DNA of 64,000 nucleotides from assembly GCF_006345805.1 (NCBI RefSeq), contig NC_043003.1, positions 64,976,001-65,040,000 on the forward strand. The letters are read 5' to 3'. The first letter of the stretch is position 1, and the number at the start of each line of letters is the position of its first letter. The notes beneath the pieces are model-generated. The model was given only the letters and a program-made list of their open reading frames with translations. It did not search any database and was not told the origin of the DNA. A program made the translations under genes and the position numbers. Below are positions 55,984 through 64,000 of this stretch, one piece after another. The stretch is from Octopus sinensis. Taxonomy: Eukaryota.

Positions 55984-56779
55984 ATTTAGAAGTTTTCGTG
56001 TGGGGGTCGGCGTAGAAGCTCCCGTTCTGTATTCAAATATTCCTGCAGAATCTAGGTTTTCTTCCAAATTTGTCATTTTTGCCAGCTGAGTGGACTGGGA
56101 CAACGTGTAATAAAAGGCCTTGGTCAAGGACACAACTGCCACCAGGAATCGAACTCATGATCCTATGATTGTGAGCCGAATACTCTAACCATTATGTCGT
56201 GCGCCTTCACAACTACATCTATTTGCATAAGACATACATACAATTATATATATATATAAGCTTTAAGCTTTAAGATTATATAAAAAAAACGATTATATAT
56301 ATATGCGTGTGTGTGTATAAAGAGAGAGACAGACAGAAAAAGGAAAATGTCCCTTGCATTTGAAAACTACAGAAATATTTTTAAAAAACATTTCTTTTAA
56401 TTTTTCCACAATGTAATTGTTTTTCATGTTTTGCTCTCAGATGAAAAAGTCGCAAAGACTGGAACCGGTACTAAAATGTTCATCATGATGAAATTATTTT
56501 AGCATTTTCTACCTTCTCTTATTTTGTTTATATCATCATCATCATCATCATCACCATTTATTGTCCGTTGTCCAAGCTGGCATGGGTTGTGCGGTTTGAC
56601 CAGGGCTGGTAAGCTGTGGCACGGTTTTCTACGGCTGGTTGCCTTTCCTAATGCCAATCACTTTGAGAGCGTAACGGGTGTTTTTATGTGCAACCGACAA
56701 ACCTACGTATTTGCAGTGTTCAAACTGCAGTGTTCAAACTGAAAAGATGAACATCGCTTCCGTTAAAGAAAAACCTACA

Positions 56780-57000
56780 GAAATCTACCCCCACAAAAGA
56801 AAAACAGAAACACGAAATTCAAAGGAAGTATCGCCAATTAGCAAAACAACAATCAATTTTGCAATGTTTAGGCGAGTCGATATGTTTAAATAATTTAGAA
56901 CTTCCATGACATCAGATAGAGAAAACAACAACGGAATCAAATCGAGGATTGGACAGGCCAAATATGTTTTCGGTGGGATCAAACATTTTACCGAATAAAT
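56780..57000 (+). mobile_element. RTE-like RT C-terminal fragment
   Basis: RVDMFK*FRTSMTSD..GIKSRIGQAKYVF resembles V..FKYLG..ITSD..IK.RI..AK..F. Confidence 0.6.
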
Positions 57001-57132
57001 AACCAGTAATAAAAAGACTTAGGGCTGTGGTCTTCAACCAGGGTCTATAAGAACCTTAGAGGTCTATATACGATTCTGTTGTTGAAGTTTATGAGCAATG
57101 AATTGTTTATACGTCTACAGTATGCAATACGT

Positions 57133-57426
57133 GGAGGCGCAATGGCCCAGTGGTTAGGGCAGCGGACTCGCAGTCGGAGGATCGCGGTTTCGATTCCCAG
57201 ACCGGGCGCTGTGTGTGTTTATTGAGCGAAAACACCTAAAGCTCCACGACTCCGACAGGGTGGGGTGAGCCCTGTTGTACTCTTTCTCCCCAACTTTCTC
57301 TAACTCTTTCTTCCTATTTCTGGAGTAACGCTGCGATGGACTGGCGTCCCGTCCAGCTGGGAGGAACGTATACGCCACAGAAACCAGGAAACCGGGCCCA
57401 TGAACCTGGCTAGACTTGAAAAGGGC
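57133..57426 (+). mobile_element. tRNA-derived SINE family C, full length (Meta/V-like domain)
   Basis: A-box TGGCCCAGTGG, B-box GGTTTCGATTCC, then ctgcgatggactggcgtcccgtccag...acagaaacc. Confidence 0.85.
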
Positions 57427-57479
57427 GTATAGATTATAAAAAAGTATGCAATACGGCGTTAGAGACTGTGAATGGTGGA

Positions 57480-58080
57480 TTAGACAAGTGGATTAAAGGA
57501 GATTTGAATGAAGCCTTCTGTAGAGCTTTTATGCAAGGTTTGCATCTTAGGAACAAGAAAGGGTCTTGAACACTTGATGGCTTATTGAAATCATGTGACC
57601 CAAAAGGAGTATGAAATGAGAAAGTAGCAGTGCGAATGTATCGTGAGTTCTGCAAGAAATATGGGCTAGAATGTTCCAATAATCAGTATGAGCAGCACTT
57701 TTGCCTGCAGTTGAGAATGATTAGGTGAAACTCATATTGAATATGCAAATAAACTCAGGCAAAAATCTGCAACATATCAAGATATTACTCTCCTGCTGAA
57801 GGAGTCTAAGGAATGGATCTTCATCGACATAGCTATGTGCACAGACCAGAAAAGTGCGAAGACAGAGGATGGGAAAGCCGAGGAATACCAAGACCTAGCA
57901 TTGGAAGTAAAGCGAATTCATATAGCTTCAAAAGTTTGTGTGGTACCTATTGTTATCGGTGCATTTGGGTCCATCTCAAAGAAAGCAATATTCTGACATG
58001 AAAAGCTGTAGATATGAAATTTCTTACGAAATGCAAAAAATTGTTTCAACTGGTACGTTACACGTATTGAGAAGAGTCTT
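57480..58080 (+). mobile_element. R4/Dong-like RLE 3' fragment
   Basis: EFCKKYGLE; WIFIDIAMCTDQKSAKTEDGKAEEYQDLALEVKRIH..VVPIVIGAFGSISK. Confidence 0.8.
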
Positions 58081-58375
58081 ATCGTTGTGAATTTTCTTTT
58101 TGTCTTTTCTTTTTCCTTTTCTTTCACTTTATTTTCTTTTTCCTTTTCATTTTATCGATTTTTAAAATGTTTCATTTTTTCCTTTTTCTTTCTTTCTTTC
58201 CTTTTTTCTATCACATAACTTGACTTTGTAAATAAACAATCTGGTGTGTTTATTTTAATGACCTGCCATTGTATACAGTGAGTTTCTTTGCTCTAGGTGT
58301 AGGGAAGACACTCAGCAAGAAGTGGCAAAAAATTGTAATAATGATGATGATGATAATAACAATAATAACAACAAC

Positions 58376-58489
<114 letters not shown>

Positions 58490-58599
58490 GGAAAACATGG
58501 AAAATGGAGAAAGGGTACCGATAAGTGTGGAAGACTGCGTACTTATCGAATTCGAGAGCTTAATGAGATACCTATCCCAAAGTAAGGAAACCTTGCTAG

Positions 58600-59475
58600 T
58601 GTCAGGAATGAGGGAGTATTGAAAGCAGAGAAAAAAGGAAAAGCAAAGGAAGAAATATAAAAAGGACCCGAATAGGCATTACGCAACAAGGAACTACACA
58701 ATTCCATGAATCCACAACAGAGGTTGCTGGAAAACATGAGTTGGCTTGGCTGTAGAAAGGAAGACTGAAAAATGCGATTGAAAGAACTATACTGGTAGCG
58801 CAAGAACAAGCTTTGACCACGAATTGGAGGGTCAACCTTAAGAATGAGCAAGTGGACGAAACCATTGCCCATATCACGAATGAATGCTCAAGACTTGTCC
58901 CAAATCATTACAAGTTGTGGCGACACGATAAGGTAGCGAAAGTGCTTCACTGGAAACTGTGCGAAAAGTGGGGGCTAGAGAGGGGTAAAATGTGGTGTGA
59001 ACACAAACCGCAGAGAATGGTGGAGTCAGAGACTTGCAAAGTCCTTTGGGAGTTCTCAATCTAAAGAGATTAGTTGCTTGAGTACAACAAACCGGACCAT
59101 GTGCTGGTCGACATGATGTACCACATGTACTATATAATTGATGTTGCATGCCCCCTTGACTCACGAATAGTCAAAAAGCAAAGAGAAAAAATAGATAAAT
59201 ACAATCCTCTTAAGTAAGAAGTAGTCCGGTCTTTGAGGACAGTATCAGAAGTTATTAAGGGGAATATCTAAAGGAAATGGGAATAGAGTGCTCAGTAGAA
59301 CTGTCACAAAAGGTTTCCCTCCTTGACACGGCCAGAATAATCAGGAAAGTATTAGATAACTGAAAAGAACAGATAGCATTGTACCGTCGGCTGCAGGCAG
59401 CAAGTCCGCTACCGGTGCAAACCTTGAGGAGTTCCAACAAAACCTGTGATAAAAAGAAATAATAACAAGAATAAC
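58600..59475 (+). mobile_element. R4/Dong-like RLE 3' fragment with 3' UTR
   Basis: ETIAHITNEC..RHDKVAKVLHWKLCEKWG, NKPD..IIDVACPLD..KIDKY, QKVSLLDTARIIRKVL*, short TAA-rich tail. Confidence 0.88.
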
Positions 59476-59936
59476 AGTTGTCTTTCTTCTCAATTAAGAA
59501 AAAAAGGAACGTTTTTGGATCTCAAAAATAGCTTTTCTTTTATTTCATCTACATAATTTCATATTTTCATTGTTTTAGAACATAATTTGATGCAGTTATA
59601 CAAAAGAGTAATGAAATTCAGTAATATTTCTGGTTTATCAATAGCGTTAATCGTATAAATAAACAGGCTTCAACCGGAACCCCAAATCGAGTCTACTCTA
59701 AAATCCTTGTCCTTTCTGCTGGACATAATGATTTGCTTTGGCTAAACCGAAGAGCCCTAAATCCTACAAAAATGGCAATTGATAACATGTGATGATTAAT
59801 CCTTTTTCAAGTGGAAAAACCACAAAAATAAAATGAAATATTTCAATAGAAAATCAAAATCTGTTCACATATTTGACTTAGCCTCCACGTATTTATTAGT
59901 TAAGATGTAATATGAACAATTTAACCTTCAAAACGA

Positions 59937-59937
<1 letters not shown>

Positions 59938-59997
<60 letters not shown>

Positions 59998-60048
59998 TTA
60001 TTATTATTAATATTTTTATTATTGTTGTTGTTGTTGTTATTATTATTA

Positions 60049-60113
<65 letters not shown>
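59938..60113. repeat. (ATT)n/(GTT)n microsatellite
   Basis: Direct reading. Confidence 0.95.
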
Positions 60114-60482
60114 GTCTAACGAAGAAACGAAGGATATATTTCTGATTGAATGACTTCTAAAGAAAATAGGCTCTTATCCCGATATCCCAGCAAACAAAAG
60201 ATCAGTAACAATCGATTGTTCAAACTATCCACTTTGTTCTCATGAACAGGACATTGGAGAAAAACACATCAATAAGCGACACACCTTACTAGCAGATCCG
60301 ATTATTTCCTGTTTACCATGCGACAGCTTAACTTTTGTTATTCAGCTATATCAAGTTTGGACATGCTGCTCGTCTATATGTGATTGTATATACATAGATC
60401 CACACACACACGCGCGTGCACATACATGCATTTAAATACATACATGCATGCATACAAAACTGACATACACACACACATGTGT

Positions 60483-60561
<79 letters not shown>

Positions 60562-60601
60562 GCTATCTATCTATCTATATATCCATCCATCTATCTGTCT
60601 G

Positions 60602-60696
<95 letters not shown>

Positions 60697-61331
60697 ATAT
60701 ATACATATATATATATATATTATATATATATATATATGTATGTATGTATGTATGTATCTATGTTTGTAAGTTTTTATGCATATGTATACAAGATGCAACG
60801 TTGCTATTTGTCTTTTCCATAAATTCTCCGGAAGTGAATCTTGTCCTTTTTTTTCAAAACTTTTCCCTCGACTTCTCAACGTGTATCTGAATCGGCATTT
60901 TATCTTACTTTTACAATTTCTGAACTACATTAAATATTGTCTCATCTTATTTCTTCAATTAAATTTTTCGTCTCTCAGACATTTTCAGGAAAGACTTTCT
61001 ATTTAAATTCTAATCAGATTAACGTATCTTAATCTTAAATATGGATAAAATAATAGGCTTACTTGGAGTTACCATTGTCTATACATACAGCAGTCAGACT
61101 AGTCTTATAATATCTATTTCTGGATGTTTTTGTATTTACCAAAGAGGTTTGAACATAAGATAAATATAAATATGATTCTTTATTCCTCCGGCTATTCAAC
61201 TTATAAAACTCTTTTAGGAACTATTCTATGGAATTATTGTTGCCGACGGAAACCATAACCATATTCCTCGGATTTCGGATTTTATTAGAGATATGAATAT
61301 TCTATATTGAAGCTATATTTTCTCCATGAAT

Positions 61332-61675
61332 GCGCATGGCGCAGTGGTTAGAGCATCGGGCTTGCAATCGTGAGGTTATGAGTTCGATTCCCGAACCAGG
61401 TTGTGTGTTGTGTTCTTGAGCAAGACAACTTTACGTTGCTCCGGTTCACTCAGCTGTAGAAATGAGTTGTGACATCACTGGTGCCAAGTTGTATCAGCAT
61501 TTTCCTTTCCTTTGGACAACATCGTTGGCGTGGAAAGGAGAGGCTGGTATTCATGGACTGGTATACTGACCTTCTATAAATAACCTTGCCTGGACTTGTG
61601 CTTTGGAGGGGAACTTTCTAGGTGCAATCCCATGACCGAAAGAGTCCTTGCATGATCGAAAGGGTCCTTTACCCT
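61332..61675 (+). mobile_element. tRNA-derived SINE family D (related heads at ~61765 + and ~56130-56207 -)
   Basis: A-box TGGCGCAGTGG, B-box GAGTTCGATTCC, ttgtgttcttgagcaagaca. Confidence 0.75.
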
Positions 61676-62519
61676 TATATTTAGCCACAAATTATTTTTG
61701 AAATTTACATTACTGAACCATCCCGCCCAGATCTTTGCTTTCACTAGTATTTACCTTTGTACAAGGTGCATGGCCTAGTAGTTAGCGTGTTGCACTCACG
61801 ATTGCAAGGTTACGGTTTCAGTTACCTGACCAGGCAGTACGTTGTTTTCTTGAGCAAAACACTCCATCTCACGTTGTTCTGTGGTCACTTCGACATCCGA
61901 CCTGCGGCACAACGTGCACCTGTACAGGAAATATCGATTTAATAGAGGGAGTGATCATATGTACAGCACAACCATTTGATCACTGTAAACCAATCATTTG
62001 GCGAGGTTGTTCAGCAGGAAATTGCTAAACCGTCTTTCTCGGACTCGAGAAACTTTAAAAGAAAGCATTTATATGGAATTTTTATGTATTACTCTCCGTG
62101 AAAAAACAGCATGGTAGGGAGATGTGCAGTTTTGTCAAAAGACTCATAGACTAGGGAAAAGGGACACCCACGTGATGGTGAACAGAGTAACTTCTTTATT
62201 ATCAAAGACCGGGAACAAAATCACGAGTGCATTAGTACTAACGTTTGAGATTTAGATACGGTAACCGTGGACTTTATCAGTCTCCGAAAACAATCAATGG
62301 TTTAATCAAAATATTGATTTATATTCCACATGGATAAGCAAGAAGTGCGCTCTGCTGTAGAACGACCAAAGCTTTGCCTTAGAAAGAAATCAGTTACTGA
62401 GCCGAAATTACAATCTCTATTGCTAAAATGCAAACGCACATTCATAATGCGGACTTTCAACATATGAAGTTTAAAAACTATTAACTACTTATATGGATTT
62501 GTGATACTAGAAGCCACTT

Positions 62520-62995
62520 TTGGCAAAGTCGACCACAGTGGAATTTGAACTCAGGACGTAACGGCAGACAAAATGCCGGTAAGCATTTCGCCCGGCGCGC
62601 TAAAGTTTCTGGTAAAAATATATGCGTGCTAACCGAGGGAAAATAAATAATAAAATATATTAAGTAATGTCTTAAATGTTTTTTTAAGGTGGGGTGGGGC
62701 AACAATAATATCAAATGAAAAGAAGCAATTAATGAGGTGGCTGAGTGAAGTATTTTGATGCTGACGTGTGGTGGCAGAAACGTTAGCACGCCGGGCGAAA
62801 TGCTTATCGGCATTTCGTCTGCCGTTACGTTCTGAGTTCAATTTCTGCCGAGGTCGACTTTGCCTTTCACCCTTTTGGGGTCAATAAATTAAGTACCAGT
62901 TACGCACTGGGGTCGATGTAATCGACTTAATTTATTTGTCTGTCCTTGTGTGTCTCCTCTATGTTTAGCCCCTTGTGGGCAATAAAGAAATAAGA
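62520..62995. mobile_element. Divergent SINE family A pair (62520-62610 -, 62770-62995 +)
   Basis: Family A consensus on opposite strands. Confidence 0.8.
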
Positions 62996-63189
62996 AGCCA
63001 TTTTAAATATAAATATCATATCTGATCAAGAATGTCGCTTGTACTACATTAAGCAGCATCAGTCCATTTTGTTCGCTTACGGGGTGTTTTGATGCCAAGC
63101 CAAGCCAAGCCAAGCCCTTTGTTGTAGTGACACCAATACCATAGCGTCGACTGTGGGCTTGTGGCTGTGGACAGTCGCTTCAATACCGC

Positions 63190-63330
63190 CAAGAGCGAGC
63201 TCATGACACTTCTTGGACCCTAAGTAAGGCATGTGTAAAATTTGAACGAAATTGGTTGTGTAGTTCTCAAGTTTTAGGGAAACACGCAGACAGACAGACA
63301 CACATTCTCAGTTTTATATATATATATAGA
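63190..63330 (-). mobile_element. Non-autonomous Helitron-like 5' end
   Basis: Minus strand begins A|TCTATATATATATATAAAACTGAGAATGTGTGTCTGTCTGTCTG, the typical TC + TA-rich + (GTCT)n start. Confidence 0.6.
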
Positions 63331-63898
63331 TAAACTCTTAAGACACCTGACAAAGCCAAAATAAATATGGATTAATCGAATCCACAAATTTCCAACGAAG
63401 AAAACTGCGACTATTGGTCGTACTTTTCAGATTGCGGCCATGCTAGGGCAGTGATCTCAAAGATGTTACTTGATTATAACAAACCTTTTTTGTAAATCAA
63501 TTTTTCATAATCTTTTTATAGAATGCGGAGTCAATCGTAGGCAAAAAGCAATGTTTCCTAATACACATCTATCAGACACTGAAGCTTAAAATATATTCAT
63601 TTTTGTGGTATTTTTTCGTTTTCTTTGTAAACTCAAACGTGCACGAATGTACATAGATACATAGATACATACATACATACATACATACATACATACATAC
63701 ATGCATACGTGCATACATACATGCATACATGCATACATACATACGTGTGTGCGTTTAAACATATATGTGTGTGTGTATGTGTGTGTGTCAAATAAAATGA
63801 GGAGTATATATTTCCCTACGTCTTCCTTATTTGCTTCCTTTTCCATAATAACTCCTCATTGATCTCTAATATTTCCCTCTATTTAACCATCTTACATC

Positions 63899-63946
63899 AT
63901 CTCTGATGAAGAAATATCCCTAATATCGCAGAAATAGCTGTAAGAT
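63899..63946 (+). ncRNA. Degenerate minimal hammerhead-like motif
   Basis: atct-CTGATGA-...-GAAA-tagctgta-agat; stem II weak. Confidence 0.45.
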
Positions 63947-64000
63947 TAACTTTCTCTTTATAAATGTCCTGAAAATTCCACACAGCCTTGGCTTCGTTGT

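Noticed and set aside
57133-57210. tRNA gene candidates at SINE heads (also 61332, 31137-31217)
   Set aside because: No acceptor-stem closure, and each continues into a SINE body

Overview
AT-rich, repeat-dominated eukaryotic (animal) genomic DNA. The SINE families and very high microsatellite density suggest an octopus/coleoid cephalopod (inference, not tested). No intact protein-coding gene can be supported, and most ORF-track entries are translations of microsatellites. Supported content: a decayed L1/Tx1-like LINE (APE+RT, ~8.2-11.7 kb); four 3' fragments of R4/Dong-like RLE retrotransposons; RTE and CR1/L2-like 3' fragments; at least four tRNA-derived SINE families; a Tc1/mariner 5' end; a hAT-like MITE; a Helitron-like 5' end; and many Penelope-like (PLE) short elements. 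The most striking observations are: (1) about 13 minimal type I hammerhead-ribozyme-like motifs from several families with family-specific core variants, including a G3:C8-swapped motif at 35757-35807; (2) a tRNA-headed SINE-like element carrying such a hammerhead; (3) a ~1.25 kb near-perfect fold-back built from a 487-bp monomer at 41549-42800. All assignments are by eye, and repeat boundaries are approximate.
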